32,000 nucleotides of DNA, taken from positions 630,001 through 662,000 of the forward strand of contig NZ_DS995298.1 in the NCBI RefSeq assembly GCF_000155895.1, in the 5' to 3' direction. Each line of letters begins with the position of its first letter. Position 1 is the stretch's first letter. The DNA is from Candidatus Pelagibacter sp. HTCC7211. GTDB lineage: Bacteria > Pseudomonadota > Alphaproteobacteria > Pelagibacterales > Pelagibacteraceae. Shown here piece by piece: positions 19,258 to 28,101 of the stretch. A program made the translations under genes and the position numbers. Under the pieces are notes generated by a model that had not been told where the DNA came from, did no database searches, and worked only from the letters and a program-made list of their open reading frames with translations.

Positions 19258-20474
19258 ATATAGATAAAGTAAAACAAGAATTTCCAATTTTTGATGAAAA
19301 AATTCACAATAATGATTTAGTTTACTTAGATAGCGCAAACTCATCTCAAAAACCAAAAGTTGTAATTGATAAAATTAATGAATTTTATACAAAACAATTT
19401 TCAAATGTTGGAAGAAGCGTACATTATTTAGCTGTCGCAGCGACAAACTTATATGAAAACACAAGAACTTCAGTTCAAAGATATATAAATGCTAAAGATA
19501 AAAATGAAATTGTATTTACCAAAGGTGCAACAGAAGCACTTAACTTAGTTGCAAATACATTGGGCCAAAATTATTTACAAGAAGAAGACGAAATTCTTAT
19601 CACTGAGTTAGAGCATCATTCTAATTATGTTCCATGGCACTTTTTAAGAAAATCAAAAAACATAAAAATTAATTTTGCTGAAATTAATGAAGAGGGTGAA
19701 ATTACATTAGAAGAAATTGAAAAAAAAATAACCCCGAAAACAAAGATTATCTCAGTTACGCATTTATCGAATGTAACAGGTGCAATATTACCTATTAAAG
19801 AAATAACAGAGTTAGCTCATGCTAAAGGTATAATTGTTGTTGTTGATGGTTGTCAGGGTGCTCCTCATTTAAAATTAGATATGCAGGACTTAGACTGTGA
19901 TTTTTATGCTATCTCTTGTCACAAAATGTATGGGCCTACAGGTCTTGGTGTTTTGTATGGTAAAAAAAAATGGTTAGAGGAATTACCACCTTATCAAGGA
20001 GGTGGAGGAATGATTAATGAGGTTAAAAAAGATAGAATTTCCTATGGTGATTTACCTAATAAATATGAGGCAGGAACTATGGCCACAGCTCAAGTAATTG
20101 CATTTGATCAGTCTATTAAATTTTTAGAGAGTGTTGGAATAGAAAATATAATGAAGCATGAAGCTGAGTTAGTTGAATATGGACAAGAACTATTACAAAA
20201 AAATAATTCTGTAAAATTAATCGGTAATCCTAAAAATAAGGGTGGAGTTTTATCATTTACTATTGAAGGTATTCATCCTCATGATGTTGCAACAATATTA
20301 GATGAGGATGGTGTTGCAATCAGAGCTGGTCATCATTGTTGTCAAATACTTCATGATAAATTGAATATACCTGCAAGTTCAAGAGCATCAGTAGGAATTT
20401 ATAATACTAAAGATGATCTTGATAAACTAAATAGCGCTATAAATAATTGTAAAAAAATATTTAATTTAAAATGA
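19254..20474 (+). CDS. sufS: cysteine desulfurase SufS
   Basis: 406 aa. PLP lysine context SCHKMYGPTG, catalytic Cys loop RAGHHCCQ. ATGA overlap with sufD. Confidence 0.95.
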   Translation: MNIDKVKQEFPIFDEKIHNNDLVYLDSANSSQKPKVVIDKINEFYTKQFSNVGRSVHYLAVAATNLYENTRTSVQRYINAKDKNEIVFTKGATEALNLVANTLGQNYLQEEDEILITELEHHSNYVPWHFLRKSKNIKINFAEINEEGEITLEEIEKKITPKTKIISVTHLSNVTGAILPIKEITELAHAKGIIVVVDGCQGAPHLKLDMQDLDCDFYAISCHKMYGPTGLGVLYGKKKWLEELPPYQGGGGMINEVKKDRISYGDLPNKYEAGTMATAQVIAFDQSIKFLESVGIENIMKHEAELVEYGQELLQKNNSVKLIGNPKNKGGVLSFTIEGIHPHDVATILDEDGVAIRAGHHCCQILHDKLNIPASSRASVGIYNTKDDLDKLNSAINNCKKIFNLK

Positions 20475-20935
20475 ACCTTAAAGAATTATACCAAGAAATA
20501 ATTTTAGAACATGGTAAAAATCCAAGAAATCTTGGCAAGACAGATGATTTTAATAAAGATGCCAAAGGCCACAACCCTTTATGTGGTGACAATGTTCATG
20601 TTTATTTAAAACTTAATGGACAAAAAATTGTTGAAGATATTTCATTTGAGGGTAGTGGCTGTGCTATTTCAATGGCATCAGCATCTATTATGACTGATTT
20701 GATTAAGGGAAAAAATGAACACGAAGCAAAAGAAATTGTTGAAGATTTTTTAGGAATGATAAAAGAGAATCCTGAATTAAAATCTGAAAATTTAGCAGAG
20801 GATGAAAAAACAAAACTTATGTGTTTATCGGGAGTAAAACAGTATCCAATGAGAGTTAAATGTGCAACTTTATCATGGCACACATTAGTTTCTGCGTTTG
20901 AAAATAAAAAAGAACCAGTTAAAACTGAAAATTAA
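20471..20935 (+). CDS. sufU: SUF-system NifU/IscU-like sulfur acceptor (SufU type)
   Basis: 154 aa. NP.CGD, GSGCAISMASAS and R.KCA.L.W motifs of SufU-type proteins. ATGA overlap with sufS. Confidence 0.85.
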   Translation: MNLKELYQEIILEHGKNPRNLGKTDDFNKDAKGHNPLCGDNVHVYLKLNGQKIVEDISFEGSGCAISMASASIMTDLIKGKNEHEAKEIVEDFLGMIKENPELKSENLAEDEKTKLMCLSGVKQYPMRVKCATLSWHTLVSAFENKKEPVKTEN

Positions 20936-20939
20936 ATTT

Positions 20940-21239
20940 ATGAATAAAAAAGATCAAATCATTGAAGAAATTAGAAAAATTTATGACCCTGAATTACCAG
21001 TTAATATTTATGAGCTAGGTTTAATTTACGATGTTACTGTTGAGAATGACAATTTTGCAAAAATAAAGATGACATTAACAACACCCAATTGCCCTGTTGC
21101 TGAGAGCTTACCAAAAGAAGTTAAAGAGGGAGCTATGCAAGTCGAAGGAATTGAGGATGTTGATCTTGAATTAGTATGGGACCCTCCATGGAACAAAGAT
21201 ATGATGTCAGAAGCAGCTAAATTGGAGTTAAATTTATAA
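20940..21239 (+). CDS. sufT: DUF59/MIP18-family Fe-S assembly protein (SufT-like)
   Basis: 99 aa from the ATG at 20940 (MNKKDQIIEEIRKIYDPELPVNIYELGLIYDV...TLTTPNCP). The 20898 start in the track would overlap sufU by 38 nt and adds only a K-rich stretch. Confidence 0.8.
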   Translation: MNKKDQIIEEIRKIYDPELPVNIYELGLIYDVTVENDNFAKIKMTLTTPNCPVAESLPKEVKEGAMQVEGIEDVDLELVWDPPWNKDMMSEAAKLELNL

Positions 21240-21574
21240 TGAACCCTATAATTAAATTAAGTGACAATGCAGCATTAAGAATTAAAGAAATAATGTCTAA
21301 TGCTGAAAAAGATTCACTTGGAGTTAGAGTATCTGTTAAAACTGGCGGATGTGCAGGTATGTCTTATGTTATGGAATACACTAAAGAAGCAAATCCAAAT
21401 GATGAAGTTATTGAAGACAAAGGTGTAAAAGTATTTGTTGATTCTGCTGCTGTGATGTATTTGCTCGGTACGGAAATGGATTATAAAAAAGAAGAACTTT
21501 CCTCATCTTTTGTATTCAATAATCCCAATGAAACAGAGCGTTGTGGTTGTGGAGAGTCGTTTAAAATTGAGTAG
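21239..21574 (+). CDS. sufA: IscA/HesB-family iron-sulfur cluster insertion protein
   Basis: 111 aa. GGCAGMSY and C-terminal CGCGESF motifs. Last gene of the suf operon. Confidence 0.9.
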   Translation: MNPIIKLSDNAALRIKEIMSNAEKDSLGVRVSVKTGGCAGMSYVMEYTKEANPNDEVIEDKGVKVFVDSAAVMYLLGTEMDYKKEELSSSFVFNNPNETERCGCGESFKIE

Positions 21575-21640
21575 ATTGTATTATCCTAATAATTGCATAT
21601 CAGTATTGCATTATATGCATATCTAGTGTAATTATTACTA

Positions 21641-21811
21641 ATGAACACTTTTGAATTTAAAAACTTAGTTAAAAACCTTAAAAATTCTTTAAAGCAAAAA
21701 ACTTTTTTTAAAGATTTACGTAAAGAAGTCGAAACAGGTGCAAATGGAACACAGGACTACGTCGTAAAAAAAGGTATTAACAAAGATACAATTGCAACAA
21801 CTAGACAGTAA
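21641..21811 (+). CDS. possible small protein (56 aa), unannotated and below the ORF-track size cut-off
   Basis: ATG 21641 to TAA 21809..21811, translated by hand: MNTFEFKNLVKNLKNSLKQKTFFKDLRKEVETGANGTQDYVVKKGINKDTIATTRQ. Fills an otherwise empty 244-bp spacer. No SD and no family recognised. Confidence 0.3.
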   Translation: MNTFEFKNLVKNLKNSLKQKTFFKDLRKEVETGANGTQDYVVKKGINKDTIATTRQ

Positions 21812-21818
21812 TTAATTA

Positions 21819-23225
21819 CTAACTACTGTAATACATCTCAAACTCAACTGGATGAGGCGCGTGTTCAAACTTGTGAATCTCCTCAAATTTAAGTGCAATG
21901 TAAGCATCAATTTGATCATCTGTAAATACTCCACCTTGAGTTAAAAACTCTCTATCTTTATCTAAACTTTCCATGGCTTCTCTTAGAGAACCACAAACAG
22001 TTGGTATAGCTTTTACTTCTTCTGGCGGTAATTCATACAAATCTTTATCAAAAGACTCGCCTGGATGAATTTTATTTTTTATTCCATCAAGTCCAGCCAT
22101 AAGCATAGCTGCAAAAGTTAAATAAGGGTTTCCTGATGCATCGGGGAATCTAATTTCACATCTTGCACCTTTTTTGCTTAGCGTAATAGGTATTCTACAA
22201 GAAGCAGATCTATTTCTTGCTGAATAAGCAAGAAGCACAGGAGCTTCAAAACCTGGAACTAATCTTTTGTAACTATTTGTGGTAGAGTTTGCAAAAGCAT
22301 TGATTGCTTTAGCATGTTTTAAAATTCCACCTATATAATGTAAAGCTGTTTCTGATAATCCTGCATAAGCATCACCAGAAAATACTGGAGTATCTCCTTT
22401 CCAAATAGATTGGTGAATGTGCATACCTGAACCATTATCACCTGCAACTGGTTTAGGCATAAACGTTGCTGTCTTTCCAAAAGAATGAGTAACCATTTGA
22501 ACAATATATTTATATAATTGAACATTATCTGCTTGATCAACTAAAGTACCAAAGTACATACCAAGCTCATGCTGACTTGGAGCTACTTCATGGTGATGTT
22601 TTTCAACTTTAATTCCAACTTCTTTTAAATTTTTTAAATATTCACCACGCATGTCTTGTTCACTATCAACTGGTGGTACAGGGAAATAACCACCTTTTAC
22701 AGGAGGTCTGTGTCCCATGTTTCCATTTTCATAAACTTTTCCAGAATTATAAGGACCTTCCTTACTATCTAAAACAAACCCAGTATTATTTGGATCATTG
22801 TTTATTCTTACATCGTCAAATACAAAAAACTCTGGCTCAGGACCAAAGAACGCTTTATCACCAATACCAGATGATTTTAAATACTCTTCAGCTTTTTTTG
22901 CAACACCTCTAGGATCTCTTTCATAAGGAGATTTTTTCACAGCATCTAAAATATCACAAAATAACACCACAGTATTATGAGAAGTAAATGGATCCATAAA
23001 CATTCTAGCAGTGTCAGGTTTTAAAATCATGTCAGACTCGTTAATAGCTTTCCAACCAGCAATAGATGAGCCATCAAAGAACACACCTTGATTAAGCATA
23101 TCTTCATCAACAACTGAAGTATCCATTGTTAAATGTTGCAGTTTTCCTCTTGGATCAGTAAATCTTAAATCTACAAATTCTGCTTCTTTTTCTTTAATAA
23201 ATTTTAAAACATTTGCTGCGCTCAT
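21819..23225 (-). CDS. glnA: glutamine synthetase type I
   Basis: 468 aa. Canonical GSI sequence ([45 protein letters not shown]). Adenylylation-loop tyrosine context [15 protein letters not shown] 5 nt upstream of the ATG. Confidence 0.97.
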   Translation of the reverse strand: MSAANVLKFIKEKEAEFVDLRFTDPRGKLQHLTMDTSVVDEDMLNQGVFFDGSSIAGWKAINESDMILKPDTARMFMDPFTSHNTVVLFCDILDAVKKSPYERDPRGVAKKAEEYLKSSGIGDKAFFGPEPEFFVFDDVRINNDPNNTGFVLDSKEGPYNSGKVYENGNMGHRPPVKGGYFPVPPVDSEQDMRGEYLKNLKEVGIKVEKHHHEVAPSQHELGMYFGTLVDQADNVQLYKYIVQMVTHSFGKTATFMPKPVAGDNGSGMHIHQSIWKGDTPVFSGDAYAGLSETALHYIGGILKHAKAINAFANSTTNSYKRLVPGFEAPVLLAYSARNRSASCRIPITLSKKGARCEIRFPDASGNPYLTFAAMLMAGLDGIKNKIHPGESFDKDLYELPPEEVKAIPTVCGSLREAMESLDKDREFLTQGGVFTDDQIDAYIALKFEEIHKFEHAPHPVEFEMYYSS

Positions 23226-23365
23226 TTTGTCTCCTATATAATTTTATGAGTGGTAAATAACAAAAAAATCGCAAAAGATATTGCTTATTTAATAAATAAC
23301 ACCTATGCAATTTTCACATAAGTGGTGTATTTATGCAATATTATTAAACAAATAATTTAAAACCA

Positions 23366-23848
23366 GTGAATCCTATTTTAGAGAAAGAACCTGTTAAAAG
23401 AGCTGAAAAATCAATCAAAGAATTTGATCAAAATCTAGAAGTTATATGTCTAGAAAAAACAGCAAGGACAGCAGAAGATGCAGCTACAGCTTTAGGTTGT
23501 AATGTTGGAGCAATTGTTAAAAGTTTGCTTTTTAGCACGGGTAATAGTTTTGTTCTTTGTTTAGTTTCAGGAGACAAAAGGTGTTCATTAAATAAACTTA
23601 AAAAAATTTTAGATGAAAAAGATGTCTCGATGGCAAAACCAGATGATGTAAAAAAAATAACTGGGTACACGATTGGAGGCGTTTCTCCAGTAGGGCACAT
23701 AAATAAAGTAAAAATCTATATTGATACTAATCTAGAAAGATTTAAAACAGTTTTTGCAGCTGCGGGTCACCCAAATTGTGTTTTCAAAATAGAATTTAAT
23801 CAATTAACCAAACTAACCTCTGGCGAAATAAAAGAAATTACTGAATGA
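23366..23848 (+). CDS. YbaK/EbsC-family aminoacyl-tRNA editing (deacylase) domain protein
   Basis: 160 aa, GTG start. KSL.F......VL.LVSGD.R....KL and GY..GGVSP.GH motifs of the YbaK/ProX family. Confidence 0.78.
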   Translation: MNPILEKEPVKRAEKSIKEFDQNLEVICLEKTARTAEDAATALGCNVGAIVKSLLFSTGNSFVLCLVSGDKRCSLNKLKKILDEKDVSMAKPDDVKKITGYTIGGVSPVGHINKVKIYIDTNLERFKTVFAAAGHPNCVFKIEFNQLTKLTSGEIKEITE

Positions 23849-24732
23849 GACAACCAAAATTAATTGATTATATATTATTAACTGTATTAGCTCTAATTTG
23901 GGCCTCAGCATTTTTTAACATAAAGATTGCAACTTATTCTTTTGGACCAGTAACCATTGCTTTTTTAAGAGTTTTTTTTGGAGCTATTCCAGTTTTGCTT
24001 CTTTGTTATTATAAAAATATTAAAATTGAGGCTTTTTCAAAAGACTGGCATTGGTTTGCAATGATTGGATTTATTAACTTGGTAGCTCCATTTTTTTTAA
24101 TAGCTTATGGAGTAAAATCTGTTCAGAGTAATCTTGCAGCTATTTTAATGTCAACAACACCTTTGAGCTCTACAGTTTTAGGTCATTTTTATACTAAAAA
24201 TGAAAAATTTAATTTAGTTAAAACATTTGGAATTTTAATTGGTTTTTCAGGAATAATATTTTTATTTTCAGACAATATTTTAATTGATGAAAATAATTTT
24301 ATTTCAGCATTGTTAATATTACTTGGATCAACATGTTATGTAATAGGTGGTGTTTTAACATTAAAAATTAGCAAAAAGAAAAATGAAAATGTAACTGGTT
24401 CAATTTTAATCTGGGCAATTATAATTTTAATTCCATTAGTAAGTTTTATAGAGCAACCTTGGCAAACAATTCCAAGAACTGACTCACTCATATCTGTAAT
24501 TTATCTTGGTATTGTGCCAACAGGTGTTGCTTGGTTATTAAGATTTAGGATTTTAAAAAATAATGGTTTAATCTTTCAATCTCAAGTTTCTTACCTAATA
24601 CCAATATTTGGAATTATTTTGGGTTATATATTCTTGCAAGAACTAATAACAATTAAAGTATTAATATCTTTAATAGCAGTTTGTATTGGTATCTATTTTG
24701 TAAAAAAAGCTGATAATAAAAAAACTATTTAA
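23845..24732 (+). CDS. EamA/DMT-superfamily transporter
   Basis: 295 aa, about 10 hydrophobic helices in two EamA-like halves. ATGA overlap with the ybaK-like gene. Confidence 0.8.
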   Translation: MRQPKLIDYILLTVLALIWASAFFNIKIATYSFGPVTIAFLRVFFGAIPVLLLCYYKNIKIEAFSKDWHWFAMIGFINLVAPFFLIAYGVKSVQSNLAAILMSTTPLSSTVLGHFYTKNEKFNLVKTFGILIGFSGIIFLFSDNILIDENNFISALLILLGSTCYVIGGVLTLKISKKKNENVTGSILIWAIIILIPLVSFIEQPWQTIPRTDSLISVIYLGIVPTGVAWLLRFRILKNNGLIFQSQVSYLIPIFGIILGYIFLQELITIKVLISLIAVCIGIYFVKKADNKKTI

Positions 24733-25642
24733 GTTTTGCTATTGCCTCAATATGCGAAGGTGTAGTTTCACAACAACCACCAAGAATAGTTGCACCTTTT
24801 TCTTTGATTTTTTCAGAAAATTCATAAAATAATTTTGGGTCATATTTGTCTCTTTTTCCAAATGCTATATTTGGATTTGTTCCAATCTCATCATATTTAG
24901 CCGTATTGAAAGTCCTTTGAGGCCCGGGTTCTTCAATTTCCCATAAATTAGCTTTAAATCCAAAAGGTAAATTAATTTCTTTTAGTTCTTCAATAGATTT
25001 CTCAACTATTTCAGGTGACACACAAGCACCTATTAAACCAAGCCAATTTTCATTTTTATATTTTTGAACAACTTCTGTAATAGCTTCACCTGAAGGAAGA
25101 AGGCAATTTTTTTTTAAATGAACACCTGCTAAAATAGGTTTTTTAAGTTTAGCAGCTACATTAGATGCAATATCTAATTCTTTACCGCTAGATAAAACAT
25201 CTAAATAAAAAAAATCTATGTAAGGATTAATTATGGTTGCTTGATCTAAAAAATCTTTTTCAATTTCATTAGAGTTACGCTGATCTTCTACATAAGTATC
25301 ACTTTGACTAGGTAAACTTCCTGCAATTAGTACATTTTTTTTTGATAGATCTTTTGCTTTTATTGCAAGCAAACAAGCTTGTTCATTAATATACTTAAAG
25401 TGTTCGTTAACTTTATTTTGAATTAATCTAATTCTTCTTGCAGAAAAAGTATTAGTAATAATTACATCAGCACCTGAATGAATGTATGAGAGATGAAGAT
25501 CTACAACTAAATTATGGAATTTTTTTTCTAAATTAGCACTTGCGGACCATAAGGTACCCATAGAAATTAATCCTTTAGCATGAAGTTCTTGGCCCATTCC
25601 TCCATCTAGAATCCTTACTTGTTTAAAGAAATCTTTATTCAT
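24725..25642 (-). CDS. homocysteine S-methyltransferase family protein (MmuM/BHMT-like)
   Basis: 305 aa. ILDGGMGQEL N-terminus, TNTF, a central Cys (GACVSP) plus C-terminal GGCCETTP zinc-ligand pair typical of Pfam S-methyl_trans. The methyl donor cannot be told from sequence. Confidence 0.8.
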   Translation of the reverse strand: MNKDFFKQVRILDGGMGQELHAKGLISMGTLWSASANLEKKFHNLVVDLHLSYIHSGADVIITNTFSARRIRLIQNKVNEHFKYINEQACLLAIKAKDLSKKNVLIAGSLPSQSDTYVEDQRNSNEIEKDFLDQATIINPYIDFFYLDVLSSGKELDIASNVAAKLKKPILAGVHLKKNCLLPSGEAITEVVQKYKNENWLGLIGACVSPEIVEKSIEELKEINLPFGFKANLWEIEEPGPQRTFNTAKYDEIGTNPNIAFGKRDKYDPKLFYEFSEKIKEKGATILGGCCETTPSHIEAIAKLK

Positions 25643-25656
25643 TTATTTTTAGGTTA

Positions 25657-26244
25657 TTATTTAAATATTATTTTTATATTGAATGAAAAAGATCTTCTTT
25701 CTCCATCAATGTTAAACGGATATGCAGTGTGCATTAAATAGTTTGGAAAAATTAACATTTCTTTAATCTTTGGGATTACGTTGTATATACTTTTGCTTAA
25801 AAAACCTTTTTGTCCATTTATAAAATCTATCGTACCATTAGTTTTTAATTTCTTATTTTTAACTAATTTATTACTAGTCATTCCTTTTGGTAATTTTAAG
25901 TATCCGACACCTGATAAATCTCCTTCATGATAATGAATTGGATTATATTCTCCTTTAAATTGGCGTACTACCCAGAGATTTAAGATCTTAATTTCTTTAA
26001 TATTTTTAATGTTTTCATTTAGTAAAAATTTTTTAACACTAAATTTTAATTCTTTTTCTAAATTTTGTTTTATGAATTTGTCAGAAATTTTTAATTCATT
26101 TTTAATTTGGCTAGCCAGTTTTGAACTATAATCAATTTTTTTTGATTTTGATTTTGAGTCAAATTCTTTATTTAATTTATTTAAAAATTTGTTTGAAATC
26201 TTTGTTTTTCCTATTGATGGTCCAAATGGTTTAATATTTTTCAT
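25657..26244 (-). CDS. putative 2OG-Fe(II) oxygenase superfamily protein (PF13759/TIGR02466-like)
   Basis: 195 aa. LWVVRQFKGEYNPIHYHEGDLSGVGYLKLP ... GTIDFI ... MLIFPNYLMHTAYPF....RRSFSFNI follows the W.n....g....H.H....lSGvyYl / G.l.F.d / lvlFPs.l.H.v.p......R.SisFN pattern of that family, from memory. Confidence 0.6.
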   Translation of the reverse strand: MKNIKPFGPSIGKTKISNKFLNKLNKEFDSKSKSKKIDYSSKLASQIKNELKISDKFIKQNLEKELKFSVKKFLLNENIKNIKEIKILNLWVVRQFKGEYNPIHYHEGDLSGVGYLKLPKGMTSNKLVKNKKLKTNGTIDFINGQKGFLSKSIYNVIPKIKEMLIFPNYLMHTAYPFNIDGERRSFSFNIKIIFK

Positions 26245-26280
26245 AAATATTAAATATATTAAAAGTAAATTAAATCAACA

Positions 26281-27027
26281 TTATGGTAATATTTTAAATC
26301 CCATTCTTATTGCAACAAAAATAACTAACAAAGATGTTATTAAAGTAAGAGTTTTATTAGATAAAAATTTTATATTTAGGAAGTTTCCAATTTGACCACC
26401 AATGAACACAGACAGGAAAAGAGGCCAATAATTTAAAAATTCATTAAATACAGTATCTTTTGTTAATTGTCCTGTCACACCAAATATTGAATTTATTAAA
26501 ATAAATAAGGATGCTGATGTTACTATATGTTTTGGATATCCAGCTTTCATTAAAAATAAAAATGGGCTTAAGAATATGCCACCTCCAATTCCAACAATGC
26601 CAGATACAAATCCAATTATAGATCCAACAAAAATAGATAAAATTTTTGGTATTTGTTTTAATTTAATTTGATTCTCATTGAATGATTTGCTCTCAATTAA
26701 TAAAAATATTCCTGCAATAAATAAAACAAAAAAAAGTAAAATTTCAAATAATTCTTTTTCTATTGAAATTGATGCACCTATGAAAGCAAAAGGTATAGAT
26801 CCAAAAAGATAGGGTGTTAATAATTTTACATTAAGATTACCTGATTTAATATAGTTTATAGAGTTACCTGACACGACAATAATGTTACAAAACAATGCAA
26901 TTATTGGAAAAATGTAATATGGAATATCCCAAATTAACATCAAGGCTAGATAAGTAGATCCACCACCAAATCCAACACTAGAATATAATATTGCTGTTAT
27001 AAAAAAAAATATTGATAATATAATCAT
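26281..27027 (-). CDS. TauE/SafE-family anion (sulfite/sulfonate-type) exporter
   Basis: 248 aa. Polytopic membrane protein with the duplicated G.GGG motifs (VGFGGGSTY and VGIGGGIFLSP) typical of TauE/SafE (DUF81). Confidence 0.8.
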   Translation of the reverse strand: MIILSIFFFITAILYSSVGFGGGSTYLALMLIWDIPYYIFPIIALFCNIIVVSGNSINYIKSGNLNVKLLTPYLFGSIPFAFIGASISIEKELFEILLFFVLFIAGIFLLIESKSFNENQIKLKQIPKILSIFVGSIIGFVSGIVGIGGGIFLSPFLFLMKAGYPKHIVTSASLFILINSIFGVTGQLTKDTVFNEFLNYWPLFLSVFIGGQIGNFLNIKFLSNKTLTLITSLLVIFVAIRMGFKILP

Positions 27028-27039
27028 CTAAAATTTATT

Positions 27040-27540
27040 ATGATTGTAAATATAGCTTTACTAACTGTAACAGATACTAGAACTTTTGATAATGATAAAT
27101 CTGGTGCAATTCTTGTTGAAAAAATCAAAGAGGCTAATCATAATTTAATTGATAGAAAAATTTGTAAAGATAATAAAGAGGATATTATTTTAATCTTAAA
27201 AGATTGGATAACTAAAAAAGATATAGATGTAGTGATTACTACAGGTGGAACTGGCTTAACAGGAAGAGACATAACTCCTGAAGCAATTGATGAAATTGCA
27301 GATAAACAAATACCAGGTTTTGGTGAAGTTTTTAGAAATATTAGCTTAAAGACAGTTGGTACATCCGCAATACAATCTAGAGCTTGTGCCGTATTGGCAA
27401 ACGGCAAATATGTTTTTGCATTACCAGGTTCATCTGGAGGAGTAACAGATGCATGGGATGGAATTTTAAAGCATCAGTTAGATATTAATCATAAGCCTTG
27501 TAACTTTGTAGAACTATTTCCAAGACTTAAAGAAAAATAA
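27040..27540 (+). CDS. moaB: molybdenum cofactor biosynthesis protein B (MoaB/MogA fold)
   Basis: 166 aa. TVSD/TDTR-type N-terminus, TTGGTGLTGRDITPEA, PGFGE.FR..S, LPGS..G motifs. Confidence 0.85.
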   Translation: MIVNIALLTVTDTRTFDNDKSGAILVEKIKEANHNLIDRKICKDNKEDIILILKDWITKKDIDVVITTGGTGLTGRDITPEAIDEIADKQIPGFGEVFRNISLKTVGTSAIQSRACAVLANGKYVFALPGSSGGVTDAWDGILKHQLDINHKPCNFVELFPRLKEK

Positions 27541-27804
27541 TTATTTTTGATATTTTTCTTTCCATTCAGGATAAGGCATTCCATAAACATGTGCTCTTGC
27601 ATCCATATCAGAGATTGATATTCCTTTTTTTTCAGCTTCTTCTCGGTACCATCTTGATAAACAATTTCTGCAAAATCCTGCTAAATTCATTAGATCAATA
27701 TTTTGAACATCTTTTCTTTGATCCAAGTGTTGAAGTAACCTTTCAAATGTAGCAGATTGTAATTCTTTTTTTTTAACCTCATCCATAATTAAAATATTAG
27801 ACAC
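27541..27804 (-). CDS. DUF1244-family protein
   Basis: 87 aa. QNIDLMNLAGFCRNCLSRWY and MPY.EWK..YQ motifs typical of DUF1244. The start is either GTG at 27804 or ATG at 27786. Confidence 0.75.
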   Translation of the reverse strand: MSNILIMDEVKKKELQSATFERLLQHLDQRKDVQNIDLMNLAGFCRNCLSRWYREEAEKKGISISDMDARAHVYGMPYPEWKEKYQK

Positions 27805-27900
27805 ATTTCATTTAAGCACAAGATATAGGTACAGATTCAATCATAAGTAGAATCATAATCATTTAGCAATAGATGTTATTACGTAAATTTGTTTAGATAA

Positions 27901-28101
27901 GTGATGGCTATTAAAAAGAAAATGGCTAATAAAAAGAAAAAAGTAGCCAGAAAATCTAATACTAAATCTAAGAAAAAAATCAAAAGTATAAAAAAGAAAA
28001 AAAAAGTTGTGACAAAGAAAATCAAGGTTGCGACAAAAATAAAAACAAAGAAACGATCTAAAATTATACACTTAGATACAACAAAAAAGAGAGGGAAAAA
28101 A
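27901..28101 (+). other. purine-rich lysine-codon tract, open and in frame with the aldehyde dehydrogenase (coding status unresolved)
   Basis: GTG-ATG at 27901/27904, then 67 codons without a stop: [67 protein letters not shown]. Roughly 1 in 6 bases is T by hand count. Includes an A9 run (AAG AAA AAA AAA). Confidence 0.5.

Noticed and set aside
20898-20939. Upstream start for the DUF59/SufT gene
   Set aside because: It would overlap sufU by 38 nt and adds only MKIKKNQLKLKIKF. The ATG at 20940 follows the sufU stop by 4 nt, matching the tight coupling seen elsewhere in the operon.
22331-22912. ORFs 22331..22540 (minus, out of frame) and 22673..22912 (plus) inside glnA
   Set aside because: They are embedded in a highly conserved glutamine synthetase and have no motifs of their own.
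23226-23365. Glutamine riboswitch (glnA RNA motif), sigma-54 promoter or NtrC enhancer upstream of glnA
   Set aside because: I could not identify the conserved cores (no GG-N10-GC -24/-12 element, no TGCACC-N5-GGTGCA). I cannot run a covariance model, so no call is made.
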